DNA of 64,000 nucleotides from an archaeon (GCA_038121585.1 JAYONY010000002.1:221900-285899); one strand, 5' to 3'; counted from the stretch's first letter, positions 1 to 9,868 are shown. Made by a program: numbers and translations. The notes: generated from the sequence alone by a model not told the origin.

Positions 1-707
1 ATAAAGCTGGATTGACCCAATTCAAACGACAAAACAGAGTAGGTTTAGGATGGGGGAATCATGATCATCATACTTATCGGTCTTCACGAGAACACTTTGC
101 AGATCTCATAGCTATTTTTGAACTGATGGGGTATGAGTGTCGTGAACGATTTTATGCTGGTGAAAAAGCAGGTTGGGGAGCCCAAGTGTTAGAACATCCA
201 GCATGTGATATTGTTATTTTTGCAGATGTGGATATTACAAATAAGGAAAAAGATAAGGATTTTGCTCATATGGGGCTTGCTCCTCAGAAAGAATTAGGTA
301 CTGTGGGATTATGGATTGGCTTGCACGGGGAGAGTATCCTTCAGGCTGGAATGCATCATTTAGAAGCACGGTTTAATTTCAAAGCGTTAACGAAGGACTT
401 AAAGAGAGAAGGGGTGAATATGATGAAACCATTCTCTAATTTTCCATTCTTAAAGCAAGCGTTTACTGAAGGAGAACGGTGGCGAGTGGACAAGAAACGA
501 GTGAAAAAATTGCTTGATGATGAATCAATAACTGCTGAACAATATCATGGGTTTATTGCGCGTGGCGCGATTGGGTCACACATGGAGAATCTTCAGCGAA
601 GACAAGGATACAAGGGCTTCAATCAAAATTCAGTAACTGCTATTATCAAAGCAACAAATCCTTTGAAGCGACTTGTGAGTACGGAGAAGCATCATCGAGG
701 TGCGTAA
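1..707 (+). CDS. 3' portion of a gene entering from upstream of the window; possible DUF1338/HglS-like (VOC-fold) metalloenzyme
   Basis: Frame is open from base 3 to TAA 705-707; the track start at 12 is only a TTG. HHTYRS and ENLQRRQGYKGFNxNS..AI..ATN segments resemble DUF1338-family motifs from memory only. Confidence 0.35.
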   Translation, partial: KAGLTQFKRQNRVGLGWGNHDHHTYRSSREHFADLIAIFELMGYECRERFYAGEKAGWGAQVLEHPACDIVIFADVDITNKEKDKDFAHMGLAPQKELGTVGLWIGLHGESILQAGMHHLEARFNFKALTKDLKREGVNMMKPFSNFPFLKQAFTEGERWRVDKKRVKKLLDDESITAEQYHGFIARGAIGSHMENLQRRQGYKGFNQNSVTAIIKATNPLKRLVSTEKHHRGA

Positions 708-877
708 TTTTTAATAGTCTCCTAGATACATAGCTTTGAATGAAAAGTGCTTCAGTTAACAAAAAAGAGTTTTAGAAAGAGTTTCTTAAGACTGCTAAGC
801 TATTTTCGCTTATAGCTACAATTCCATTATTTTTATTCGGATTTGTCCCTATCATCTATTCAGGTGATTTTAAGCTA

Positions 878-1192
878 TTGCTTTCGCTTACACCTTTGAC
901 AAATGTCTTGTTTGCAGAAGAGAGGATATTTTTGTATACCCTATTAGTTTCTGCTCTTGTAGTGTGCTTGGGTTTTTGCATGTCTTACTTTTCTAAATCG
1001 GTAAGAAAGAAATCTGTTGGGAAAATACTAAGAATATTAGGGTTTATTCATCTCGCAACATTTCCAATATCGCTAGTTTTGTATATTCCATTTGGAGTTT
1101 TAATTATACTAGGTGAGCAGATTTTAAGTAATCAGATTAGTATTGGATCTTGCAGGGGAATTTGCAAGGGTCTCGTGGATATAGTCTTTTGA
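878..1192 (+). CDS. small multi-pass membrane protein, hypothetical (possibly disrupted 5' end, see finding at 740)
   Basis: Hydrophobic 104-aa ORF from TTG. The same frame is open upstream to 776 and is preceded by ATG(740)+11 codons+TAG. Confidence 0.4.
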   Translation: MLSLTPLTNVLFAEERIFLYTLLVSALVVCLGFCMSYFSKSVRKKSVGKILRILGFIHLATFPISLVLYIPFGVLIILGEQILSNQISIGSCRGICKGLVDIVF

Positions 1193-1314
1193 ATTCAATT
1201 TGTAGGTGTCTATTTAAGCTTAGCATATATAATTGATTATATTGGTCGAGCATATTTTGGCAAGGAATAAGAACGTAGGCATAGTATCTTAAATCCTAGT
1301 TTCATGAATCAGTA

Positions 1315-1614
1315 ATGGATCAAGTAAAACAAAAGAATGGCGTGGTGAGAATACTTGTTGCGTCTGTTGGTTTTATTGTAGGATTTATTATCTTAGCATA
1401 TAATGCAGTGTACTTTTTTACGAATGAAGTTATTGTGCTTTTTGGGCTTGAAACTGTTCTTGCAAAAATAGCGTTCTTAGTTGGTGATGTGCTTATTGCT
1501 GCATTATCAGTTGAGGGGATTGCAAGAGGGCATTTTATTATTCTAGGAATTAATCTTATGACAGGGCTTGTTTGTATTTGGCTTGCTATACTCCATCTTA
1601 CAAGGAGTAGGTAA
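1315..1614 (+). CDS. small membrane protein (about 3 TM helices), hypothetical
   Basis: 99-aa ORF with an ATG start and strongly hydrophobic segments. The antisense 1320..1640 ORF has implausible composition. Confidence 0.4.
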   Translation: MDQVKQKNGVVRILVASVGFIVGFIILAYNAVYFFTNEVIVLFGLETVLAKIAFLVGDVLIAALSVEGIARGHFIILGINLMTGLVCIWLAILHLTRSR

Positions 1615-1658
1615 TTAGTAGTTTCTAGCATAGGATACACAAAAAAAGGGTGTTACGT

Positions 1659-2948
1659 TTAATCTCGTGATTCTCTTCGAGGGGTATGGTTGTTGTCTCG
1701 ACGTGGTTTGCGGTCGTGAGAACGGGAGTCGTTTCTTCGGTTTCCTTGTCGTGAACTTCCTCGACGGTCATCACGACGATACTTTCCACCGTTTCGATTG
1801 CCACGGCCATTTCTATCTGGTATGTGAATACGTACACGGTCTATTTTTGGTGTTTCTGCACGCGTAATTTCGAGTCCTTCATTGTGTCGCATGACATTTG
1901 AGAAGTTTTCATAATCGCGACTACATATAATGTTGATTGCTTTGCCTTCTCGGCCTGCTCGAGCTGTTCGCCCGATTCGATGCACGTATTCTTTTGCGTC
2001 TTTAGGAATATCGTAGTTATAGACGTGTGATACGCTCTTAATATCCAGTCCTCGTGCTGCAACATCAGTACAGACAAGAATAGTTGCTTTTTTATCATGG
2101 AATTTAGTCAGTGTTTTACTTCGCTTATCTTGTGAGAACCCACCGTGAATCGCGAGTGCGTCAATATCATTTCGTTTAAGGTTGTCTGCGACAAAGTCAG
2201 TGTTACTTCGCGTGTTACAGAAGACCATAACAAACCCTTCTTTCTCGCTTTTAAGGAGGTGTACTAAGAGTGAGAATTTCAAGTTATCTGGAATATCATA
2301 ATACACTTGGGTAAGTTTTGAGGCATCAACGTGTTCAATAGCTGCTACTTCAACTGGGTTGTTCATGTAGCGTTGTGCAATATGGGTTATGTCTTGTGAA
2401 ATAGTTGCTGAGAACAAGAGTGTTTGGCGCGTGTCTGGACAATTACTGATAATGCTTGTCATATCATCAATGAATCCCATGTCTAGCATGCGGTCTGCTT
2501 CATCAAGTACGAGGGTGTGCACTTCATCAAGTCTGATAGTTCGACGTTCTAAGTGGTCGAGTATTCGTCCTGGTGTTCCAACAACAATGTCAGCTTCTGG
2601 TAATTGCTTAATTTGAGGTTCGATAGATACACCGCCGTAGACTGGGACGATTGAGAGCGGTTTGTGCTTACTAAATCGCTTCAGAGCACTGCAGACTTGT
2701 TCTGCGAGTTCTCGTGTTGGTGTTAAAACCAGTCCTTGCACTCCTTTACCCTGTTCACATTTTTGGAGTAGTCCCGCTCCAAACGCGAGTGTTTTTCCTG
2801 AACCAGTTGCCGAGCCAGCTATGATATCTTTTCCTTCGAGCACGAGCGGTATCGCTTTTGCCTGAATTTCAGATGGAGCTTTGAATTTGAGCTCTTCTAT
2901 TGCTTGAAGAATTGCGGGTGCAATTCCGAGTTCTTGAAATGTTTTCAT
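1659..2948 (-). CDS. DEAD-box ATP-dependent RNA helicase with R/G/D/N-rich C-terminal tail
   Basis: Walker A AGSATGSGKT, PTRELA, DEAD (VLDEADRML), SAT (FSAT), HRIGRTARAG. Low-complexity tail RNGRGNRNGGKYRRDDRRGSSRQGNRR. Confidence 0.9.
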   Translation of the reverse strand: MKTFQELGIAPAILQAIEELKFKAPSEIQAKAIPLVLEGKDIIAGSATGSGKTLAFGAGLLQKCEQGKGVQGLVLTPTRELAEQVCSALKRFSKHKPLSIVPVYGGVSIEPQIKQLPEADIVVGTPGRILDHLERRTIRLDEVHTLVLDEADRMLDMGFIDDMTSIISNCPDTRQTLLFSATISQDITHIAQRYMNNPVEVAAIEHVDASKLTQVYYDIPDNLKFSLLVHLLKSEKEGFVMVFCNTRSNTDFVADNLKRNDIDALAIHGGFSQDKRSKTLTKFHDKKATILVCTDVAARGLDIKSVSHVYNYDIPKDAKEYVHRIGRTARAGREGKAINIICSRDYENFSNVMRHNEGLEITRAETPKIDRVRIHIPDRNGRGNRNGGKYRRDDRRGSSRQGNRRNDSRSHDRKPRRDNNHTPRRESRD

Positions 2949-3059
2949 GTGTGTGGTACACTGAGAAAAAAACGAGTTTTTTCTCCAACGATTATGCTAA
3001 TGTGTTTCAATTATGCTATAATACCTAAAAATTAGTTTGTGGGTATATAAGGGTTTGGG

Positions 3060-3812
3060 TTAGAATCCTAACTTCCCACTTTGCCAGTCGCGGATAAGTG
3101 CAATAATAGTACGATTTTCATCGACTTCCCCGCCTTTGATGAGGAAGTTACGTGCTTTTCCTACTTCAAGTAATACGTCATATTCGTCCATATCTTCTTC
3201 GATTACAACACCATATTTTTCAGTGAGGGCTTCTGGTTTTCCTTCCATAAAAATCTTGATTATTTCCATTGCGACTTTGTCGGGTTTACGGAGTTTTTCA
3301 GGATTTTTTGCTCCTAAAACGCCTAGTTTCAGCTCATTATCTTCAAGCGGTACTACGCCTGGACTATCTGCGATTCGCAAATTCCCTGCGCGCACCCATT
3401 GAATGCCTTTTGTGGTTCCTGCAACGCGAGAAACTGCTGCTTTAGATCGTTTTGCAAGTGCGTTTATAATGGCTGATTTACCCATGTTCGGATACCCGCA
3501 GACTGAGATGAGTGGATCTTCAAGCTTATTACGTTTAGCTTCGATTAAAATGCCTGTTTTGAGTTTGCGCATTCCGAGGTTTTTCGTGCCTGATACAAAA
3601 AATGCGTACGGCATGCGTTTTTGTAATGCTGAAAGTCGCTGTTTAGAGACTAAATCTATCTTGTTTACTACGCGTAAAAATGGCTTATGATGCTTGTGGG
3701 CGAGATACTGCACGTTTTGATTATCTGAGAGTTCTGGCATTCGAGCATCCACTACGAATAGGATTATGTCTGCATCTTTGACAGCTTTTTTTACGATTGG
3801 CCAAAAGCTCAT
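3060..3812 (-). CDS. circularly permuted ribosome-biogenesis GTPase (YlqF/RbgA/MJ1464 family)
   Basis: Permuted motif order: G4 VNKIDL, then G1 GYPNMGKSAIIN, then GTTKG, then G3 DSPGV. Confidence 0.75.
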   Translation of the reverse strand: MSFWPIVKKAVKDADIILFVVDARMPELSDNQNVQYLAHKHHKPFLRVVNKIDLVSKQRLSALQKRMPYAFFVSGTKNLGMRKLKTGILIEAKRNKLEDPLISVCGYPNMGKSAIINALAKRSKAAVSRVAGTTKGIQWVRAGNLRIADSPGVVPLEDNELKLGVLGAKNPEKLRKPDKVAMEIIKIFMEGKPEALTEKYGVVIEEDMDEYDVLLEVGKARNFLIKGGEVDENRTIIALIRDWQSGKLGF

Positions 3813-3889
3813 ACAAAAAATACGTAAATAGGGATTTTAAGGGTATGCCTCTCGCAAAACCTTAAAAACTAAACGAGGGATTTTTGAGT

Positions 3890-4798
3890 ATGGAAATGAA
3901 TGGAACTACGGCTCGAAACGGTAGAATGAAAATTATTCGCTTTCCCGACGAGGAATCATTATTTTTCAATCCTAAACGTGGGCTTATGGTTGTTGCTGAT
4001 GGTGTTACGCGGGACTTACAAAATGGTCGTGCCGCAACGGCTGATCCACTAGGTGCTCTGGGTATATTTTTCAATTATCCTCGTCCCAGTCCTGCGAAGA
4101 ACGCTGCTGATATCGTAACGTATTCTGTTCATGAAGCGTTTAAGGAGAATAATGGTTCGCGAGGGTTATGGGAAGCGATGCGGTATGCGAATCGTGAGCT
4201 TGCACGAACACATGAAATTAGTTCGCGTAATGGGAGGGTTATGATTGGTTACACCCCAACTAATTATCTTGAACGTGACCTTCCAGGGTGTGTTGCTGCC
4301 GTTGCGCATGTTGATGAGGGTGTAGTGCATTGGGCGTACATCACTGATGCTGGTATTGCTAGAATAAATGCTAATGGTGATTTAGTTGATAAGGTTCAGG
4401 GCGACCCTCCTAAATCTCTTGCGGAGTTTGCAGGGCATAATGCCGAGCTTGCTTCAATGGAGCGTGAAGGAACTCTGAGCTGGAAACATAATCGTGCTCG
4501 GCAAATTGTGAGGGGTGAATTTCGTAATCGGCCAGGCAATCAACACTCGTACGGGGTGCTAACGGGCGAGCCTACAGCAGATCATTATATCGAGGCAGGT
4601 TCATGGAAGCGTGATGAGGATGATACTATTCTCGTATTTACTGATGGGGCTGGTGACGTGCTGTTTGGTCGAGATGGTGATGTAACAAGTGCTACTGCAG
4701 AGTATATTCGTTCAGGAAATATGCAAAAAGTATTCGATGAGCTGAGAAAGAAGGTTAGGTCTGAAGGATCACTTATTTATGCTACTGACCGCCAGTAG
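3890..4798 (+). CDS. PP2C/SpoIIE-like phosphatase-fold protein (tentative)
   Basis: VVADGVTRD near the N-terminus and ILVFTDGAGD near the C-terminus resemble PP2C metal-binding Asp motifs. ATG 3890 preferred over TTG 3884. Confidence 0.35.
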   Translation: MEMNGTTARNGRMKIIRFPDEESLFFNPKRGLMVVADGVTRDLQNGRAATADPLGALGIFFNYPRPSPAKNAADIVTYSVHEAFKENNGSRGLWEAMRYANRELARTHEISSRNGRVMIGYTPTNYLERDLPGCVAAVAHVDEGVVHWAYITDAGIARINANGDLVDKVQGDPPKSLAEFAGHNAELASMEREGTLSWKHNRARQIVRGEFRNRPGNQHSYGVLTGEPTADHYIEAGSWKRDEDDTILVFTDGAGDVLFGRDGDVTSATAEYIRSGNMQKVFDELRKKVRSEGSLIYATDRQ

Positions 4799-6845
4799 TC
4801 TGCAACGTCCTAACCGCTTCTAATACGCGTGTATCTGGTGATAACACGTATACGTGGTCATTGCGTGAACGCACTGCCCGATATAATCGTTGTAAGAATT
4901 CTCGCCATGCTTTATCACGATAAAATTCCCAATAGTAATCTGGGTGAGTTTTCTGCAAGATTTGGAAAAACAAGTCTTTCACGTTCGGGTTTGGATATTT
5001 TGTAAATATTACTGATTTGCATGTATCACCTGGAAAGTCAATTCCTCGTGCAGCTTTGGTTGTAAAGAGTACGTCATGAAGTCCTTCTTTAAAGTCCGTT
5101 ACGCGTTTCCCTATTTTATCAGTGAATTGCTTTTGTCTGAGTTCTTCTCGCTCTATAACGCCTTGCATGTTAAACATCATGGTTTCCTCTTGGTTTGGCA
5201 GGTCTGAAAATGCATTAACGTGCACTAAGGCTGGTTTTGTTGACCGGTTCACGACTGTTCTAAGAGCGTTCAAATAGTCATGGCGAGAAAATTGTTTTGA
5301 GGCAAAGTTGGAGTAACGGCAATCAAATTCTTTACCGACTCGATGAATTTCGATTGAACCTTGGTTTAATGTTTCTGCTTCAACAATGGTAAAGTCTTCA
5401 ATGCCAAAAATGTGTTCGAGAACTGCGGGGGAATGCAGGGTCCCGCTCATGAGGACGAGTGCGCGGTTACCATCAACTAGCGTATTAAATTTCTGTGCTA
5501 AGTTAGTTGTTACGAGTTCTGCAAATACGTTTTGATCATCTTTGCGAAATAAGCAGTACGTGTCTCGTAGTGCGTCTTTAAAATTCTCTGCTGCTTCAAC
5601 GAGATTGTTAGCATAATTCATTTCATCAATCGCAATTTCTGATTGGAGTTCTGAATCATCGTTTACAAGTTCTAATATTTCTATAAGTGGTGTTTCATGA
5701 ATTGGAACGATTTGCTCTTCATCAATGCCTAAGGCGCGAACTCGTGTTAATTGTGCGTCTATGAAATTAAGAATTTTACGTATTGATTCTTTTGCTTGTT
5801 CAGAGTCGGGTACGAGCATGCGCAAGGCATTATCTAACCGTGTTAAATTCAGTGCTTTTTGGTTTGATAAACTATCTAGAAATTCATCTGCTTCATCAAT
5901 GATGTCAACTGTAGTTTGGGGTTTTCGGCCCATAGCACTTTCTGCTAAGTATTTCGCTGCGTTGTAAATTATCACGTCAGCATCCATATATGCTAAATAC
6001 TGGTCATAATAAGAACAACCTGGTTTACGATGATAGAAAACAAATTCACGCCCGTACATGCCCATATATTTGCGTTTGGTAGCGTCTTTGAGCACGTTCA
6101 GTTCTATCTCTGCAGGCATTATGGGGCTCCAGTGTGGGTTTGCGGGTGCGACAGAGATTCGCTTCATGTGCTTGAGTGATGGGGGGTTTTTTGAGTTAGT
6201 AAATGGATTTTTCAAATAGTAGTCTTTGAGTTTTTCCATATTGCGATCAGTTAGTTTGATTGTATCGGGCAAATTCGGGTCTGCACAAGAAACGCCTGGT
6301 TCAATGATTGAATCATGATTGTCACGTCCGGTAATCATTGCTATCTTCATTTTTTGACCGTTAAGTTTGCGAACAAATGTATTATGTACGTAGTCATGCT
6401 CATACTGTTTTTGAAGTGTTTTAATCGGCACAACAATTCCTGCTTTACCGTTAAGTGCTCGTGCAATGTTAAGCGCTATCGCTGATTTTCCAGTTCCACA
6501 CACGCCATGAATAAAAATAACTTTTTTACCGTGCTGTATGTGTTCTACTACTTGTTCTACAACGTCTCGTTGCGTTTTACCGTTTGAAAAGGGGAGTGGC
6601 TCAAGAAGCGTGCCATCTTTTTTATGGAGGCTCCAAAATGAGTCTTCATATACATCTAGTGTTTCCTCTTCTTGTTGTAAAAAATCAAGATCTTGAGAGG
6701 TTCTAAGGATTTCTTTTTCTGGTGGTGGGGCATCAGTTGCTCGGCGAATCTGAGTTGGATTTACATGCATCCCTCGCTTTTTAGGCAGTGGTGCTGAGTC
6801 TACACCTGTTAAGGAGCCATCAGCACTAAAAGAAAGTCGTTTCAT
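4782..6845 (-). CDS. XPD/DinG (Rad3)-family DNA helicase-like protein
   Basis: Walker A GVCGTGKSA, DEAD-like IIDEADEF, PGCSYYDQY..DADVIIYNAAKYL, SGTLHSP, ARGIDFPGD..VIFTKYPNPN, LYRAVRSRNDHVYVLSPD. Only two Cys between Walker A and B, so no 4-Cys FeS cluster is evident. Confidence 0.65.
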   Translation of the reverse strand: MKRLSFSADGSLTGVDSAPLPKKRGMHVNPTQIRRATDAPPPEKEILRTSQDLDFLQQEEETLDVYEDSFWSLHKKDGTLLEPLPFSNGKTQRDVVEQVVEHIQHGKKVIFIHGVCGTGKSAIALNIARALNGKAGIVVPIKTLQKQYEHDYVHNTFVRKLNGQKMKIAMITGRDNHDSIIEPGVSCADPNLPDTIKLTDRNMEKLKDYYLKNPFTNSKNPPSLKHMKRISVAPANPHWSPIMPAEIELNVLKDATKRKYMGMYGREFVFYHRKPGCSYYDQYLAYMDADVIIYNAAKYLAESAMGRKPQTTVDIIDEADEFLDSLSNQKALNLTRLDNALRMLVPDSEQAKESIRKILNFIDAQLTRVRALGIDEEQIVPIHETPLIEILELVNDDSELQSEIAIDEMNYANNLVEAAENFKDALRDTYCLFRKDDQNVFAELVTTNLAQKFNTLVDGNRALVLMSGTLHSPAVLEHIFGIEDFTIVEAETLNQGSIEIHRVGKEFDCRYSNFASKQFSRHDYLNALRTVVNRSTKPALVHVNAFSDLPNQEETMMFNMQGVIEREELRQKQFTDKIGKRVTDFKEGLHDVLFTTKAARGIDFPGDTCKSVIFTKYPNPNVKDLFFQILQKTHPDYYWEFYRDKAWREFLQRLYRAVRSRNDHVYVLSPDTRVLEAVRTLQTTGGQ

Positions 6846-6960
6846 GCAAGGTCAAAATGCTACGTCTATAAAAGCTTATGCGCATTTTTATGTAAGATAT
6901 ACGAGCGGTTAGTATAATTGCAAAAAAACAAGTGTATCAGACAGGGTAAGTGTAGGCTAC

Positions 6961-7488
6961 TTATGCACCGAGTTCATGCAGTTTTGTGTGGTGAGCACTA
7001 ACATGTGCTGCGTGCTCTGCTGACTCATTATTCCCTCGTTCATACTGTCTCAGAGAAACGCCAAATGCAAATGCAGCAGTGAGGGCATTTGCAAACGAAG
7101 TCTTTCGAAAGTCAGGATTGCCTTTTAATGAAAATGAATAGTGCGGGTGTTCTCGTAAAAATGTTCGCATTATATCGCGATCTTCTCCGGTTCGTGGTCG
7201 TGGGAATTTAAAATGTGGTTTGAATAGAATCTCATCTTCTGTAGCAACTATTTCTCCGGTTAGTGCACATACAAGTTCTTCATCAACACGGTCTTTATGG
7301 GCACGAAGGTCAGCATGTGTTACTGTACGAATGCCTGAATGTTTAAATTGACGTATTATACGGGAAATTCCTTGTGCTACGCGTTCTTCCATTTCTTTTC
7401 GCTGTCTACGATTGCGCATACCGGTGGTTAGTCCAGTATATTTCATCGGTCCGATACCAAAAACATGTTTGACTTCTTTTTGAGTCAT
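6961..7488 (-). CDS. hypothetical protein
   Basis: 175-aa ORF, ATG preceded by GAGGTG 5 nt upstream; no recognisable motif. Confidence 0.45.
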   Translation of the reverse strand: MTQKEVKHVFGIGPMKYTGLTTGMRNRRQRKEMEERVAQGISRIIRQFKHSGIRTVTHADLRAHKDRVDEELVCALTGEIVATEDEILFKPHFKFPRPRTGEDRDIMRTFLREHPHYSFSLKGNPDFRKTSFANALTAAFAFGVSLRQYERGNNESAEHAAHVSAHHTKLHELGA

Positions 7489-7584
7489 TATTCACCTCGT
7501 TTGTATGAGTTATGTGCTATTTATTAATCTTTGTATAGGAATCCTTAAATATTTCTGACTCTTACCAATAATGAAAAAGAGTTA

Positions 7585-7833
7585 ATGGTAAAAGGGCCTT
7601 TTTACACTGCAGAGTACCATGGGGCAATCATGGGTACTGCTCATTCTGGCATGCCAGCCTTAGGGGACCCTTATGGTGATGAAAAAAAGAAAGAATATGG
7701 GGCTATGCGTAAACGCCAATTAATTGAAGAAACTAATGCTCGATACGGATTCCCTCCTGCAGGTCCTAGTAATCCTGTTCGTGTAGTCTCGCATGGTTTA
7801 GAAAAAATAATTGATTTTTCTGATGTTGCTTAA
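7585..7833 (+). CDS. hypothetical small protein
   Basis: 82-aa ORF with ATG; no motif. Confidence 0.3.
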   Translation: MVKGPFYTAEYHGAIMGTAHSGMPALGDPYGDEKKKEYGAMRKRQLIEETNARYGFPPAGPSNPVRVVSHGLEKIIDFSDVA

Positions 7834-9848
7834 AGGCGTTTTTGCAGGTTCTTAAATTCTCTTCGATCAATCACATTTACTAAGCGCCAACCGTTCTTTT
7901 CAGGTACTGGTGCTGTTTTAGCATAACTCATCATTCGTTTTCGCGCATCATTACTCAGAAGTGTTTCTTCACGCACTGATGTTGCAAGTCGTTTTGCACT
8001 CGGAATAATGCTTCCTCGTGACATAAATGTAAACTTACCATGTTTCTTTTCTGAGATTATTTGTCCGGTGTTAACGCCAATGCCAAAGTCAATTTTTTCT
8101 TTTGCTTTTGCGTTGTACGTTGTTAGCATTGATTCAATCTCACTAGCGATTGTAATAGCGAGGAATGAACTATCTATTTTTTTAGTGAGTAGTGGTGAAA
8201 AAATAGCGATACGGTAATCTCCATCCACATAGATGTTTGCACCTTCTTTTTTCGCTTTTGATAATGCTTGATTGAGAACGGGGGCATTGTTTTCTGAGAG
8301 TTCTGAGCGCACATGTATTACAAGTATCGTTGCTTCTTCAGTCATGCCATCATCAACTTCATTTTTACTTGTTTGTGGTGTCGCGTGTACTGATTGTTCT
8401 TTTTTAGGTGATGTACTTGTTGTTGGTGTTGAACTAATACGGGGAAGGGGGTTTTCTTGTGTTTGTGGGGGTGGGCTTATTGTTGGGCTGTTAGGGTCTC
8501 GTATTACGATTGGCCCTCGTGCTTTTACATGAATTGCTTGGCGTTTAAGTAGGTGGGCGTAGACTATTATGATGAGTAGTAAGAGTATGAGCCCTCCTAG
8601 TACAAGTCCTGCAGTGCTTGTTGCAAGACCGACAAATCCTTCTTGCACATCATCAATACTGATTGCATTACCTGTTAGGGGGACTCGCCCTAATTGTTTT
8701 GGTTCTGTACCATCATCAACGCTGATGTCATATTCTCCATCGGGGGCTTTAAGTCTGAATTTATCAACTTCTCCGACTTGGATGCTCATCTGTACTATCT
8801 CAGTTCCTGACCCAATTGAGACTTCAACTGATTTCTCATACGCAACATTGCCTGTGTTAGTTACTATGAGTGTATCGCCTAATACTGTGAAGTGTGCTGT
8901 TGCGAATTCTTCAACATAAAATAATTTCTTTCTAGTTATCGCTCCTGTTTGAGCTTCTATTTTCCAATACCCCGCTTCAAAATTCTCTCCTATTTCTAGT
9001 ACTTGCTCCTCTCCTGATGATACAACAATTTTTTGGTAGATAGTATTGCTTGGTGTGTAGAGTGTAATGCTAAGGTCTCCTGAAGCAACATCTTGTACTT
9101 GGTTAATGCCGTTTACGGTATAGAGAAGTGATGTTCCTGGCAGTACATTTTGTGAGCCTACTTCTATTTTGATGTCAGTGAGTACTTCTCGTACATCAAT
9201 GACTTCATTAACGGTCCCTTCATTATTAACGCTGCCGCTCATATCTTCTTCAAATACCCGTAGGAGGAGTGTGTGTGATCCTGGTTGTGCGGTTGGAGGA
9301 ACCGTGAGAGGAACTTCAAAGACTCCGTCACTCACTGTTTTGGTTACTGAGAGGTCAAGATCATTAATGCGTGCTTCAACAAATCCTTGTACTGCGTGAC
9401 CGTTGCGTTTTGTAGCAGTTCCACTAATCACAAATGTTTGTCCTGGATCGATTACTTGCACATCAATATCTGCAAAAACGTCAATGCCGTCAGTTATCTC
9501 AAATTCTTGACTTGTCCCTGTTTCTGCTCCGTGGCCTGCTTGTAAGGTGCAGGCTCCGCGTGTTCCATCAAGTACTGTTGAGTCGAGTGTAATTGCTATT
9601 GGAACTGCTTTTTCTTCACCGCCATCAAGATTTATGGCATTACGATATACTTCTACAGCTCCACTGCTGCATGCAAGGTTGACAACTAGAAAGTCGTTAG
9701 CATCATTATTTGGTTGGAGGGTGACGGTAATTGTTAAATCATCTCCTACATTATAGACCGTGTTTGGTTGGGTAAAGAATAATTCAGCAGATGTCACTGG
9801 TACTACCGCTAAAGCTAGAACAATAGCTAGGAGTAACCCTCTTTTCAT
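7830..9848 (-). CDS. single-pass surface receptor-like protein with C-terminal class III cyclase-homology-like domain
   Basis: Signal peptide LLLAIVLALAVVPVTSA, about 400 aa beta-rich ectodomain, TM LVLGGLILLLLIIIVYAHLL, P/T/S linker. The C-terminal part aligns by eye to a cyclase homology domain (VDGDYRIAIFS, FGIGVNTGQII, FTFMSRGSIIPSAKRLA). Confidence 0.5.
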   Translation of the reverse strand: MKRGLLLAIVLALAVVPVTSAELFFTQPNTVYNVGDDLTITVTLQPNNDANDFLVVNLACSSGAVEVYRNAINLDGGEEKAVPIAITLDSTVLDGTRGACTLQAGHGAETGTSQEFEITDGIDVFADIDVQVIDPGQTFVISGTATKRNGHAVQGFVEARINDLDLSVTKTVSDGVFEVPLTVPPTAQPGSHTLLLRVFEEDMSGSVNNEGTVNEVIDVREVLTDIKIEVGSQNVLPGTSLLYTVNGINQVQDVASGDLSITLYTPSNTIYQKIVVSSGEEQVLEIGENFEAGYWKIEAQTGAITRKKLFYVEEFATAHFTVLGDTLIVTNTGNVAYEKSVEVSIGSGTEIVQMSIQVGEVDKFRLKAPDGEYDISVDDGTEPKQLGRVPLTGNAISIDDVQEGFVGLATSTAGLVLGGLILLLLIIIVYAHLLKRQAIHVKARGPIVIRDPNSPTISPPPQTQENPLPRISSTPTTSTSPKKEQSVHATPQTSKNEVDDGMTEEATILVIHVRSELSENNAPVLNQALSKAKKEGANIYVDGDYRIAIFSPLLTKKIDSSFLAITIASEIESMLTTYNAKAKEKIDFGIGVNTGQIISEKKHGKFTFMSRGSIIPSAKRLATSVREETLLSNDARKRMMSYAKTAPVPEKNGWRLVNVIDRREFKNLQKRL

Positions 9849-9868
9849 GCTCTACCCACGTCGAGAAG

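Noticed and set aside
1320-1640. 106-aa ORF antisense to the 1315..1614 membrane-protein gene
   Set aside because: It is a shadow ORF. The plus-strand product has coherent TM helices and the antisense one does not.
8008-9756. Five plus-strand ORFs (69-116 aa) inside the 7830..9848 gene
   Set aside because: They are antisense shadow ORFs within a long, well-structured surface-protein gene. Their S/T/P-rich composition is typical of reverse-frame artefacts.
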